A DNA stretch of 63,777 nt, filler included, from an uncultured Methanosarcinales archaeon (GCA_964550945.1; 3 parts of 3 records of this genome joined end to end with filler, not necessarily neighbours in it), one strand, 5' to 3'; shown: positions 28,376 to 38,373, numbered from the whole stretch's first letter. Notes: generated from the letters alone by a model not told the origin. Numbers and translations: made by a program.

Positions 28376-28759
28376 CTAAATTTCTAACATACCACCATGT
28401 CTATTGACTGGTGGTTCTTGATAAACCGTAAAATGATCAAAAATCCTTCTACCACTATATGGGCTTGTTACCTCTAAACCAAGTAGGTAATCGCTAATAG
28501 TATAAGTAGCACCCCCAATATCCTTACGCTTTTTATCTTCATATTGTAAAATAAATTCCTCAAATCTTTCAGGAGCAATCTGCTTAATTAAAGAAAGGGA
28601 TTTAGTGTACCATTTTTGGTAAGCTATCACACTATTAGGCAATACAAGTTGTTTTTCCTTTTGTTCATTATAGCTTTCTAACTCTGCTTTCTCTATATCC
28701 GCGGCTTGGTGTATTAAATCTAAAATTTCCTTCTTTATCTGCTCTTTTTTTGAAGACAT
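28376..28759 (-). CDS. Hypothetical protein, possibly truncated
   Basis: ORF ending a few bases from the contig edge. Confidence 0.5.
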   Translation of the reverse strand: MSSKKEQIKKEILDLIHQAADIEKAELESYNEQKEKQLVLPNSVIAYQKWYTKSLSLIKQIAPERFEEFILQYEDKKRKDIGGATYTISDYLLGLEVTSPYSGRRIFDHFTVYQEPPVNRHGGMLEI

Positions 28760-28815
28760 ACTGGTCAGAAGTTAATCTGTTACCTTATATAACATTTCCT
28801 GTTATTGGGTGTTGG

Positions 28816-28971
28816 TTAATCTGTGGCCGTTAAACTTCGGCTGTTAAGTATCGGCTGATTTACTGCTTTCTGTAATAAATCCTTCCATAAATCGCTTTCA
28901 TTAATCTTTGCTCTTTGTGCTGGTGTTTGCCGTTCCAATGCTTGATGTGGTCTTAGCAATTTGTAATATAC
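28816..28971 (-). mobile_element. DDE transposase / integrase-core C-terminal remnant
   Basis: VYYKLLRPHQALERQTPAQRAKI..LWKDLL resembles the Y-N-x-x-R-P-H-x-x-L-x-x-x-T-P-A motif; in-frame stop just upstream. Confidence 0.65.
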
Positions 28972-29094
28972 CTATTTTCTATGTTATCTCTTATCGTTTC
29001 AGTTTATTTATAGTCTACAGTACACACGTTTACGAAAGTTTTAAAAAGAACAGCACTTATATTGTTTTTGAAAAAACATAAAGAGGTGATTAAT

Positions 29095-29115
29095 ATGCCA
29101 GCAAAACATGGATAG
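29095..29115 (+). CDS. Putative 6-aa micro-ORF MPAKHG
   Basis: GAGGTGA RBS, 5-nt spacer, ATG CCA GCA AAA CAT GGA TAG. Confidence 0.35.
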   Translation: MPAKHG

Positions 29116-29129
29116 AGGAGGCGATTTAA

Positions 29130-30032
29130 ATCGATTTTTTTATCAAATACCACAAAATTCTGATTTATTTCGTTTCGCTCTTTCTAATAATCACTGGATA
29201 CTTATACAGAATTGATTTCTTATGGCAAATTGGTGTTGTGACTATCTTATTTGAATTGACTATCAACTATTACAAAGATAGGATACTATATAAGCAAATT
29301 GAAAAAGTTTTAAGGAAAATTTTAGGTATCGAAGACACCACCACAAGATTTTACCCAAGCATGGTCAATTTGATCTATCATAAAGATTTTAATATAGTAA
29401 AAAGGATCATAAAGAATAGACTGGTAAAAACTAACAAAAGTAAACATTCTAATCTAGGGCTGATCTCAGAGGAAATTATTGAGATGGTGCCTCAAAGAGA
29501 AAACATCCATTACGTCTTCTTTAGGGGTTCTGGAGAGGATGAACCCCCTCAAGTTACTATGATTAAATGTGAGGGAGAAAATCTTACTGAAATATTTGAT
29601 CCTAATTCAGATAAAGAAATAGTAAAAAATTGTGATGATAGCGACGTTTGTTTTACTGTTAGAAAGAAACTAGAAAAAGGAAAAAAGTATGTATTCACAG
29701 TTATAACTAAATACCCTCTCTGTATGAGTGACCTTACAATACCTATTCCAGAAGATAAGCTAAATGATTTTAACAAAAAGTATCAAAACATGGATGAATT
29801 TGAATATTCTTTTTTAATGCCAACTCATAATTGCGAAATCAAAATAGAATTCCCATTTAGTTTGAAAAAATACAAGTTACACATAACCAGAGAAAATCCC
29901 TCCATTTCTGAGGTTATCAGTTTAGATAGACATCCGGATACAAAAATTGACAAAAAAAATAATAAAATCAGAATCAATCAATCTAACTTAGTAGGTAGAG
30001 AGATAATACGGGTTATGTATTCCAAAAAATAA
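29130..30032 (+). CDS. Membrane-anchored hypothetical protein; start uncertain
   Basis: Frame of ORF 29238-30032 stays open back to ATC 29130 and adds a TM segment; GGAGGCGA lies 5 nt upstream. Confidence 0.6.
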   Translation: MDFFIKYHKILIYFVSLFLIITGYLYRIDFLWQIGVVTILFELTINYYKDRILYKQIEKVLRKILGIEDTTTRFYPSMVNLIYHKDFNIVKRIIKNRLVKTNKSKHSNLGLISEEIIEMVPQRENIHYVFFRGSGEDEPPQVTMIKCEGENLTEIFDPNSDKEIVKNCDDSDVCFTVRKKLEKGKKYVFTVITKYPLCMSDLTIPIPEDKLNDFNKKYQNMDEFEYSFLMPTHNCEIKIEFPFSLKKYKLHITRENPSISEVISLDRHPDTKIDKKNNKIRINQSNLVGREIIRVMYSKK

Positions 30033-30137
30033 AAATCATAATTTCTCCCCAATCTTTTTAAACCACAAGTTTTATAAACATAAACAATCATTAGCTGTTT
30101 ATAATTAATTATAGCTATAAAAAAAGAGGTGGATTAA

Positions 30138-30629
30138 ATGGCGGATGAACCTTACGAAATTCTCCCTTACAGAGAGGTTTCTTCTTTAAAAAAAGACATT
30201 TCCGATCTTAAACAAAAAATGGGAGATGGCTCTTCAAAGCAATTAGCGGATTCTATCGCAAATCTCTCAAAAACAATGGAGAATATGCTTAATCTGTTTC
30301 AGTCAGCAGCAGAAGAAATGAGATTAGAAGAAAAAGGAGTTAGCTCTGATTCATCTGCGATACTGGCCGAAATAGACAATAAGCTAGACGAATTAATCGA
30401 CCAGAACAAAACAATAGCAGAAGGCATTGTAGCAGTAGCTGACATGATAAAAGGAGAAACTCAACAATCTGAGCAAGAGCAAAATGTAATGCCTGCCCAG
30501 TTTTCAATGCCTCCGCCAGGGCCTGCTCCATCATTTGGGCCAAGGCCAATGGAAATGCCTGAGCCAATACCAACGCCATTAGGAGCTTTCCCGCCACCCA
30601 CAGAAAGACCTAAAAGAAGCTTCTTTTGA
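30138..30629 (+). CDS. Coiled-coil protein with Pro-rich tail
   Basis: ORF with GAGGTG RBS. Confidence 0.75.
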   Translation: MADEPYEILPYREVSSLKKDISDLKQKMGDGSSKQLADSIANLSKTMENMLNLFQSAAEEMRLEEKGVSSDSSAILAEIDNKLDELIDQNKTIAEGIVAVADMIKGETQQSEQEQNVMPAQFSMPPPGPAPSFGPRPMEMPEPIPTPLGAFPPPTERPKRSFF

Positions 30630-30632
30630 AGA

Positions 30633-31118
30633 ATGGAATATCCTTCTAAAATAAGTCATCAGAAATTAAAAAATTTTTTTAGGCATATCTGTGTAGTCAC
30701 TAGAAACTATCAGGAAAAGGAAACCGCAAATAAAAATCTAAAAAATCAAATCGGCAAAATAAGAAGAATTTCTGAAAAGTCCAAGAAAGGCAAAGTTGAA
30801 AAAGAAATAAAAAAATTAGAGAAAAGAATATCTGATGTGCTGGATAAGGAATCGAAACTATCGAGAGTAGGAAGAAAGGAATCATCAACAGTCAGAGAAT
30901 TGAAATCTAAACTGAAACGAATGGAAAAAGAGCTGGCAGCAACAAAAAGAAGCAGAGATATCCAGTTGTCAGAAAACAAATCCAGGATAGAAAAGCTAAG
31001 CAGGCAATTATCATTTCTTAGGTCTGAAGTAACCAACCTTATGGAGATCAAAACAGCTAGACAAAGAAGAATCGACGAGATAGAGAAAAAGATCAGGGAT
31101 GTAGAAAAACTAAGCTAA
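30633..31118 (+). CDS. Basic coiled-coil protein
   Basis: Heptad-rich ORF, 3 nt after the upstream stop. Confidence 0.7.
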   Translation: MEYPSKISHQKLKNFFRHICVVTRNYQEKETANKNLKNQIGKIRRISEKSKKGKVEKEIKKLEKRISDVLDKESKLSRVGRKESSTVRELKSKLKRMEKELAATKRSRDIQLSENKSRIEKLSRQLSFLRSEVTNLMEIKTARQRRIDEIEKKIRDVEKLS

Positions 31119-31285
31119 ACATCCTTTCCCATCACTGTTTTTCTTCCGTTTGCTTTTGCCCTTTCAATCGCTTTTTTTATCAGCTCTTCTACCTTACTGT
31201 TCAAAATAGGCATAAAATCGCCCGCTAGATTAAGCTCCCCTATCCTCTTTTTGATCTGAGTCCTTACAACCAATGAGTCAGCCAT
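31115..31285 (-). CDS. 56-aa histone-fold protein (DUF1931-like)
   Basis: Manual translation MADSLVVRTQIKKRIGELNLAGDFMPILNSKVEELIKKAIERAKANGRKTVMGKDV*; GGAGGTG RBS. Confidence 0.85.
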   Translation of the reverse strand: MADSLVVRTQIKKRIGELNLAGDFMPILNSKVEELIKKAIERAKANGRKTVMGKDV

Positions 31286-31297
31286 TTTTGCACCTCC

Positions 31298-32962
31298 TTA
31301 ATTATGGGTAAACCAGAATTTATCTTCGCTGTCTAGCCTCACAAATCCAAATCTCTCAAATTGGCAGACATCGCCAATATTCAGGTTATAGCTTTCAATA
31401 ATCCCCTTGCGGATTGATTTATCCGGCATCAATACCTCCACTGCACTTAGCTTATTTTTCGGCAGCCAATGGATTATCTTTTCACCCTCTTTTTTATACT
31501 TTTCATACTCCAAAGAATCAAAAACAAACTTTCCTTTCATCTTCCTGAAATTCAAGCAATCCATCAGCCTGTATAGCTTATTATCCTTAATCAGTTCAAA
31601 ATCCTGTTTTGTGATATAAAACTCATCATTAGTCTTGAATTTTCTCCCTCCTTTCTTGTTATCAGGATGCAAATCCAGCTCGACATCAAGCATTGGAGCC
31701 TTGTCAATCTTTATTGCAACAGGATCCCAGACAAAGAAATAGCGGTTTGCTATTGGCTCGATCACATCCCTGTTAAAAGCGTCAATTATCTTAAAAAATT
31801 CTTTCTTGCTTACTTTTTTATCATTTAAGCTGACTCCAACATCAAGGGAATATTTGATAAAAGCTTCTGGCTGATAACCTCTTCTTCTTAAAGCATCCAA
31901 AAAAGGCAGCCTTATATCATCCCAGCCAGAGTAAGTGCCATCTTCTATTAAAGGCCTTGTTTTGGAGCAGCTGACCTGCATATCCTCAAAATTAATCCTG
32001 CCGACAAATAATGCTTCTGGAAATTTCTTGTTTAGATACTCATAGATATACTTTTGCCTGATGGAATTATCATGATGGTCTTTTGCCCTTATCACGTGCG
32101 TTACTTTCATCTCAATGTCATCAACAGCAACAGCCATATTCATCAAAGGCCATACCCTGTATTTTTTTCCTGCTTTTGGATGCTCGCTGTCATTAATCCT
32201 GAAAACAGGAAAATCCCTCATCGCAGGATTTTTATCATTTAAGTTTGTTTTAATCCTTACAACAGCATCTCCTTCTTCGTACTCTTTAAACATCTTCTTC
32301 CATCTTTTCATTGTTTCTTTCGCATCTAATCTTCTGCAAGGGCATTCTATTGATTTTAGAAGCATCTCTTTAAACCCATCTTGGTCACAGGTGCAGACAT
32401 AAGCTTTTCCAAGATTGATAAGCTCTTCCATGTATCTATAATAGATTTCCAATCTTTCTGACTGCACAAACACTTTGCTGATGTTATTTTTAGTGATCCA
32501 CTTTGCATTTTCTTCAATCAGTTTATAGCTTGGCTTGTAAATATTCTCTGGATTTGTGTCTCCGATCCTTAAGATCATCTCCCCTTTGTACTTTCTGCAA
32601 TATTCAGAATTCAAGCTTAAAACATAAGCATGGCCAATATGCAATGGCCCAGATGGAGAAGGTTCAAACCTCATTACCACTTTTCCTTTAACATCTTTTA
32701 GCTCAAGCATCTCTTTCTTCTGTTCTTTTTTCTCCTCCAGTAATTCAGGCGCTAATTTCATCAATTTTGCCTTCTGCTCTGCAACTGGGATCTTACTAAT
32801 ATCATTTATAACTTGAGAAACAGATTTTGCTAACTCTGCAATATCCTTTTTAAGGTCAGGATTTTCCTGCAATACTTTCCCAATAACCGCTCCCTGATTA
32901 GCTTTTCCATTGTATTTTACAGCATTCTGCAAAGCATATTTCAGTATTAATTCATTACCCAT
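31298..32962 (-). CDS. gltX: Glutamate--tRNA ligase, archaeal type
   Basis: YALQNAVKYNGKA, RFEPSPSGPLHIGH, QFERFGF. Confidence 0.97.
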   Translation of the reverse strand: MGNELILKYALQNAVKYNGKANQGAVIGKVLQENPDLKKDIAELAKSVSQVINDISKIPVAEQKAKLMKLAPELLEEKKEQKKEMLELKDVKGKVVMRFEPSPSGPLHIGHAYVLSLNSEYCRKYKGEMILRIGDTNPENIYKPSYKLIEENAKWITKNNISKVFVQSERLEIYYRYMEELINLGKAYVCTCDQDGFKEMLLKSIECPCRRLDAKETMKRWKKMFKEYEEGDAVVRIKTNLNDKNPAMRDFPVFRINDSEHPKAGKKYRVWPLMNMAVAVDDIEMKVTHVIRAKDHHDNSIRQKYIYEYLNKKFPEALFVGRINFEDMQVSCSKTRPLIEDGTYSGWDDIRLPFLDALRRRGYQPEAFIKYSLDVGVSLNDKKVSKKEFFKIIDAFNRDVIEPIANRYFFVWDPVAIKIDKAPMLDVELDLHPDNKKGGRKFKTNDEFYITKQDFELIKDNKLYRLMDCLNFRKMKGKFVFDSLEYEKYKKEGEKIIHWLPKNKLSAVEVLMPDKSIRKGIIESYNLNIGDVCQFERFGFVRLDSEDKFWFTHN

Positions 32963-33126
32963 ATTCCTGATTTAATATTGATTGATATTTAAATGTATGT
33001 GGTTTTGGATTTGATGTGATAAACGTGACTAAACAACATTATCCATTTTGTAGTGATTAAACTAAGAAATATTTAAATAGACAACCCCATTCACACTGGT
33101 TAATTGTTCATGCTGGGGGGAGAGTT

Positions 33127-34473
33127 ATGGCAAAAGATGGCAGTTATAAAGATTGTTATATGCAGCTTCCAGATGGCACAATAAAAATGAGGGATCCTTT
33201 CACTGGCACGGTTGTCAGGGTGAACAAAGAAAGGGCAGCAAGGTTTCCTGCAGAACCGAGAGAGAAGCAGCCCATAAGCCCAGAAATACCTTGCTTTTTT
33301 TGCCCCGGAAATGAACATACCACTCCTCCTGAAAAAAGCAGAGTCCTGTCAAGAGACGGTGAATATATTGTCCATCCAAGGTTAGATCCGGACCAAGTTC
33401 TGACTGATCAAAATTGGGAATTCAGAAGAATACCTAATCTATTTGAAATAGTTCCTTTTAGGTATTGGGGGATGAATTATCATTATGAACCATCTGACAG
33501 GAATAGGCAATGGGAAGAGCGATATCTAGCTTCAGATATGGGTAAAGCGCATCTTATTGGCGGAATGATTGCAGGTAAACCAGTAATTGGTGTAGTTAAT
33601 CCCAAATTAAAAAGCTCAGGGAGAAACCCTGATGAAGTTAGCGAAGAAGAGAAACTTCTAATTGCAGATGCATTTTTCTCAGGAGCACATGAACTGATCA
33701 TCCCAAGAAGGCATTTTAGAGAAGGAGCAACATATCAGCATGAATTGCACTCATCAGGTGACTTCACTCCAAGAGAGCATTTTGAATATATGAAATACGC
33801 TATTGGAGCACTTAGTGATATATATGAAAATAATAGGTATGTTAGATTTGTAAACGTCTTCCAAAATTGGCTTGACGCAGCCGGCGCATCAGTAAAGCAT
33901 CTCCACAAACAATTAGTTGGCAATGATGAATGGGGTGAGAATATAGAAGGCCTTGTGGCACTTGTTGCATCAGACCCTAATGTGTTTAATAGCAGAGGAG
34001 TAAACCTTCACAGCCAGCATAATCTTGTTTTTGCTGAAAATGAGCATGCTATCGCTTATGCTGCAATAGGAACAACAAATCCTGCAATTGTAATATTTTC
34101 TAAAAGTAAAGGAAGTACGCCTATGGATTTAGCTGAAGAAGAACTAAATGGATTTAGTGATATCTTGCATGGATGCCATGCAGCAATGGGCTCACAGTTA
34201 CCCAATAATGAACAATGGTTTTATACTCCAAAAGATTCTGAATACCAAATCCCATTTCATGTACAAATAGATTGGAGACTTAGTCTGCCTGCAGGCTTGG
34301 AGTATATTTCAAGGATTTATATAGCTCTTATGGGACCTGAAGATGTTAGAGATAAGATGGTGCCTGAACTTCATAGGCTAAAAGATGCTGGAAGAATAGC
34401 GCCATTCAAAATCGAAAGAGAGTGCCAATGCAGTCCAAATTGCCTGAGATATGTTGATAACTCACATCAATAA
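33127..34473 (+). CDS. DUF4921-like GalT/HIT-superfamily protein
   Basis: PDGTIK..PFTGT, CFFC, FQNWLDAAGASVKHLHKQLV. Confidence 0.75.
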   Translation: MAKDGSYKDCYMQLPDGTIKMRDPFTGTVVRVNKERAARFPAEPREKQPISPEIPCFFCPGNEHTTPPEKSRVLSRDGEYIVHPRLDPDQVLTDQNWEFRRIPNLFEIVPFRYWGMNYHYEPSDRNRQWEERYLASDMGKAHLIGGMIAGKPVIGVVNPKLKSSGRNPDEVSEEEKLLIADAFFSGAHELIIPRRHFREGATYQHELHSSGDFTPREHFEYMKYAIGALSDIYENNRYVRFVNVFQNWLDAAGASVKHLHKQLVGNDEWGENIEGLVALVASDPNVFNSRGVNLHSQHNLVFAENEHAIAYAAIGTTNPAIVIFSKSKGSTPMDLAEEELNGFSDILHGCHAAMGSQLPNNEQWFYTPKDSEYQIPFHVQIDWRLSLPAGLEYISRIYIALMGPEDVRDKMVPELHRLKDAGRIAPFKIERECQCSPNCLRYVDNSHQ

Positions 34474-34922
34474 AAATCTCCCTTATTATAAATAATCGGC
34501 TCTTCATCACTCAAAACTTCTCCATCAACAACCTCTCCAACAAAAATTGTATGGTCGCCTGCATCGCATTCATTGACAACCTTGCAGTCTAGCCAGGCAA
34601 TGCAGTCTTTTATGATTGGTGCTCCTGTTGCTTTTGCTTCAAATTCAATGTCCTTGAGTTTATCAACATTCTTCCCTGACTGCATTCCAAAATGCCTTCC
34701 AACTTCAATATGATCTTGCCCTAACACATTTACTGCGAATATTTTGCTTTTTTTGATTAAATCATGGCTGTATCTTGTTTTTCCAACGCTTATCATAACC
34801 ATCGGAGGCTGCATTGACGCTCTGCTCACCCATGCAACCGCTAACCCATTCAATTTATCTCCAAGCTTTGTTGTAACAATATGGACGCCAGTTTCAACTT
34901 TCCTGATTGCTTTGTCTATCAT
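34467..34922 (-). CDS. Flavin reductase-family protein
   Basis: FAVNVL, GAPII, GDHTIFVGEV. Confidence 0.92.
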   Translation of the reverse strand: MIDKAIRKVETGVHIVTTKLGDKLNGLAVAWVSRASMQPPMVMISVGKTRYSHDLIKKSKIFAVNVLGQDHIEVGRHFGMQSGKNVDKLKDIEFEAKATGAPIIKDCIAWLDCKVVNECDAGDHTIFVGEVVDGEVLSDEEPIIYNKGDFY

Positions 34923-34985
34923 TATGATCACCAAGATAAAGAAAAATGGCAAAATTTATAAGGTTTCTTATTCATAACTCCGATC

Positions 34986-35708
34986 ATGCAAAAAAGAGGG
35001 GCATTAATCTTAATATCATTTACTATATTCTTATTATCTTTAGCCATAATACATGCTGTAGCCTATACAAATTCTGGAGGCACTGGAAATAATGACAGCA
35101 ATTCGCCAGACAGCTTGGATCAGCAAACAAATGAATCTTGTTTTGATGGAACAAAAAACGGAAATGAGACAGGCATTGATTGCGGAGGCCCTTGTAATCC
35201 TTGTCTAAATCAAACTGCTCAGCAAAATGATTCTGATCTTAACAATCCTGTACAGGACAGTTTTAACCCTCTGCCTCAAATAATGGGTAGTAATTCTGGT
35301 GCAGATAACAATCTGAACAACCCTGCTCCAGATAATGGCTCCAATCCCATTAATCAGGAAGGAGAAATTACGCAACTAAGCCCTAAAAAAATCAATACTC
35401 CTTTTATAGTCTCCCTTGCTGTAAATGTTTTTCTTTTAGTCACTTTTGTTTCCTTTACATTAATATCCAAAAAGAAGAAACCTCCAGTTAAGCCAGCGAT
35501 TACAGCGATTAAACCAGCGATTATGCCACAACCGCAACAGACGGATCCTTATGTGATTAACTTACGGAATTACATCGAATATTACACAAAGCAAGGATAT
35601 GATCCCAACCAAATACGCCAATATCTAATAATGCAGCAAAGATGCCCTGTCCAAAAGGTTGATGAAGCGTTTAATTCTGCGAGAATGGGGGATGAGCTAA
35701 CCCAGTAA
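34986..35708 (+). CDS. Secreted single-TM protein with CxDGxxNGxETxxDCGGPC motif
   Basis: Signal peptide, Asn-rich linker, TM, C-terminal helical module. Confidence 0.75.
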   Translation: MQKRGALILISFTIFLLSLAIIHAVAYTNSGGTGNNDSNSPDSLDQQTNESCFDGTKNGNETGIDCGGPCNPCLNQTAQQNDSDLNNPVQDSFNPLPQIMGSNSGADNNLNNPAPDNGSNPINQEGEITQLSPKKINTPFIVSLAVNVFLLVTFVSFTLISKKKKPPVKPAITAIKPAIMPQPQQTDPYVINLRNYIEYYTKQGYDPNQIRQYLIMQQRCPVQKVDEAFNSARMGDELTQ

Positions 35709-35894
35709 ACGACAGTTTAGCCCTTCTTCTTGTTTTGTAGTATCTCTTGAGTGAATAAAAAACCGAAAGATTTAAATATTAGTACTTCCAGAAACTATAC
35801 ATTAGAGCCAAATAATGGCTCCTTCTCTGAGTTGTCTCATTGAAGATTTTCAAAAAAAAGTTTAGCTAAGACGTTGGGGTTTAATTGTAAAATG

Positions 35895-36048
35895 TCAGAA
35901 ATTTTCCACCAGTTTGTAACTGGTGGCTGAAAGCCAAAACCCATTTGAATTGTGGAAAATTTCTGAGCATGTTCAAAAACCACTGGTCCTTATAGGCAAG
36001 GATTAAGCTTTCGCTTCATTCCACCGGTCTCTGACCAGTGTTTTTGAC
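35895..36048 (+). repeat. Double-hairpin palindromic element, copy B (upstream of tfe)
   Basis: TCAGAAATTTTCCAC..GTGGAAAATTTCTGA GCATGT TCAAAAACCACTGGTC..GACCAGTGTTTTTGAC. Confidence 0.75.
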
Positions 36049-36076
36049 AAGAGGGCAATAGCTGTAAGAGTCTAAA

Positions 36077-36580
36077 ATGGCATTGACTAACAAACGAATA
36101 ACTGAAATAGTAAGCGAAGTTGTAGGAGAAGACAGCATTCCTATAATTGAATTTCTAAAAAACAGGAAGAATATCTCTGAATTCATAATAGCAGATAAAG
36201 TTAAATTAGATATGCAGAAGACCAGAAACATCCTTTACAGGCTCAACACCCATAATATAACCACTTATGTCAGGAGAAAGGACAAAAAGAAAGGATGGTA
36301 TATAAGCTATTGGACATTCAATAAAAAGCGCATTAAAGAGCTTGTTGGCCAGACAAAAAAGAAAAAACTTGAAAAGTTAAAGGAACAGCTAACAAGAGAA
36401 GAAGCCAACAAAAACTCCTTCTTTATATGCCCTCAGGCATGCGCAAGGCTTGATTTTGACCAGGCATCAGAATTTGAATACAAATGCCCAGAATGCGGCA
36501 GTTTGCTCTCACAGCAGGACAATCTAAAAACAATCGAGAATATAAAAGAAAAGATCAAAGAATTGGAATCCGCCAACTGA
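36077..36580 (+). CDS. tfe: Transcription factor E
   Basis: Winged helix with GWYISYW; Zn ribbon CPQAC..CPECG. Confidence 0.9.
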   Translation: MALTNKRITEIVSEVVGEDSIPIIEFLKNRKNISEFIIADKVKLDMQKTRNILYRLNTHNITTYVRRKDKKKGWYISYWTFNKKRIKELVGQTKKKKLEKLKEQLTREEANKNSFFICPQACARLDFDQASEFEYKCPECGSLLSQQDNLKTIENIKEKIKELESAN

Positions 36581-36626
36581 TAAACCAATAGATAGTTTTT
36601 TATACTAATTCCAGAATTTTTCTTGT

Positions 36627-37220
36627 ATGCAGCTAAAAAAGCTTCTGAAGCAGCTTTGGTATTTTATATGGGAAGATGACAGTATATGGAGTTGGATTGT
36701 TAACATAATATTGGCGTTTGTTCTTATCAAATTTATAGTTTACCCAGGATTAGGCTTTATTCTTGGCACTGGCTACCCAATTGTTGCTGTTGTCTCTTCC
36801 AGCATGGAGCATGATTCAAATTTTGATAACTGGTGGGAGCAAAATCAAGATTGGTATTTTGGCAAAGGCATATTAAAAGACAATTTCAAGGCATTTTCAT
36901 TTGTCAATGGCTTTAATCGCGGAGATATTATTATGCTTCATGGGAAAGAACCAAAAGATATAAAAATAGGTGATGTAATTGTTTTTAGAAACAGCAGGCC
37001 TGATCCAATAATACACAGAGTTGTGAAAATCTGGCAGGAAAATAATGCTTATTATTTCCATACAAAAGGGGATAATAATAAAGATTCAATAAAATCCATT
37101 GATCTAGACGAAACAAGAATTAATCAAGAGGATGTTATTGGCGTTGCATTATTCAAGATACCTCTTTTAGGTTATATCAAGATATGGTTTGTTGAATTAG
37201 TACAGCTAATTGTGAGGTAA
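36627..37220 (+). CDS. Signal peptidase I (S26B)
   Basis: VVSSSMEH, IIHRV, TKGDNN. Confidence 0.92.
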   Translation: MQLKKLLKQLWYFIWEDDSIWSWIVNIILAFVLIKFIVYPGLGFILGTGYPIVAVVSSSMEHDSNFDNWWEQNQDWYFGKGILKDNFKAFSFVNGFNRGDIIMLHGKEPKDIKIGDVIVFRNSRPDPIIHRVVKIWQENNAYYFHTKGDNNKDSIKSIDLDETRINQEDVIGVALFKIPLLGYIKIWFVELVQLIVR

Positions 37221-37223
37221 AAA

Positions 37224-37541
37224 ATGTTTTGTCCAAAGTGCGGCTCAATACTGATGCCAAAAAAGGAAGACAGCAAGAAATTGCTTGGCTGTTCTTGCGG
37301 CTATAAGACAAATAAATTGGAATCCGCCACATTAAAGGAAACAATTTCTAAAAAGGAAAAAGCTGTTGAGGTAATTGAGAAAGGCGAATTTGAAACATTG
37401 CCTATAACTCAGATAGAATGCCCTAAATGCAGCAATAAAGAAGCAAGATTCTGGTTAGTCCAGACAAGAGCAGGTGATGAGCCTGAAACTAAATTCTTAA
37501 AATGCACAAAATGCGGCCATACTTGGCGGGATTATGATTGA
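37224..37541 (+). CDS. tfs: Transcription factor S
   Basis: Two Zn ribbons; QTRAGDEP acidic hairpin. Confidence 0.93.
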   Translation: MFCPKCGSILMPKKEDSKKLLGCSCGYKTNKLESATLKETISKKEKAVEVIEKGEFETLPITQIECPKCSNKEARFWLVQTRAGDEPETKFLKCTKCGHTWRDYD

Positions 37542-38308
37542 ATTGGTTTAACTGGCAAATATCTTTTTGCAACTTCTACAACATTATCCGGCTTATGAGG
37601 ATCAACCTCAAGGCACCCACGAGCTTTGTAAAGCGCCAATATATCTGCATATCTTTGTGGATCAGCTGACACAACAACAACAGGAACATATTTGGTGGCG
37701 ACTTCGTCATTCTTTAATGCTGCCATTGCCTCAAAACCCTCTTGATGTTTAGGAGGGCCTGTGTTGTAGTTAACAGCTAGAAATACAAGACCTGCGTTAT
37801 CTTTAATAACTTGTTCAACAACCCACCCAGGTTGGGTGTCTGCGTTAACTTGATGTGTAACTACAAAATAACCGCTGCCAACAAGTTCATTCCTGTATAA
37901 GCCTAAGAGATCAGAATCCCGATGAAATAAAGATATAGTTGGAGTTGTTACATTATAAACAACGTTTTGTATAACCTGTGCTCTAACCGGCTTCCAGATT
38001 AAATGTTCCTCACCAATTTTATCTCTTGCTGCTTTCTTCAAATCTTCGGGAGCGCCTCCTGTAACAACATAAATTGGAACTTCACCATTAACAACTCTAA
38101 TTGCATCAATAAGGTCAACTCCGCTTGGACGTTGGTTCAAGTCAGTAAATACTAAATCATAGTTTGGTTCTTTTTGGAATAGTTCAATACCTTGTGCACA
38201 GAATTCTACAGGAGTTACATTACAGCCACTTCTTTCTAGTATTCTGGTTAAGGACAAGAGTACACTAGGATCATCATCCACAACCAATACTTCCAATTTT
38301 CTTTCCAT
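37532..38308 (-). CDS. Response regulator with tandem receiver domains
   Basis: VLVVDDD, FTD, VVTG, WKP; second degenerate receiver (VPVVVVSA). Confidence 0.8.
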   Translation of the reverse strand: MERKLEVLVVDDDPSVLLSLTRILERSGCNVTPVEFCAQGIELFQKEPNYDLVFTDLNQRPSGVDLIDAIRVVNGEVPIYVVTGGAPEDLKKAARDKIGEEHLIWKPVRAQVIQNVVYNVTTPTISLFHRDSDLLGLYRNELVGSGYFVVTHQVNADTQPGWVVEQVIKDNAGLVFLAVNYNTGPPKHQEGFEAMAALKNDEVATKYVPVVVVSADPQRYADILALYKARGCLEVDPHKPDNVVEVAKRYLPVKPIQS

Positions 38309-38373
38309 AATAACCAGTCAAAATGTATTTGTTTATAAACCTTTCTATTATTATTCACTTTACAGTGGTAATA

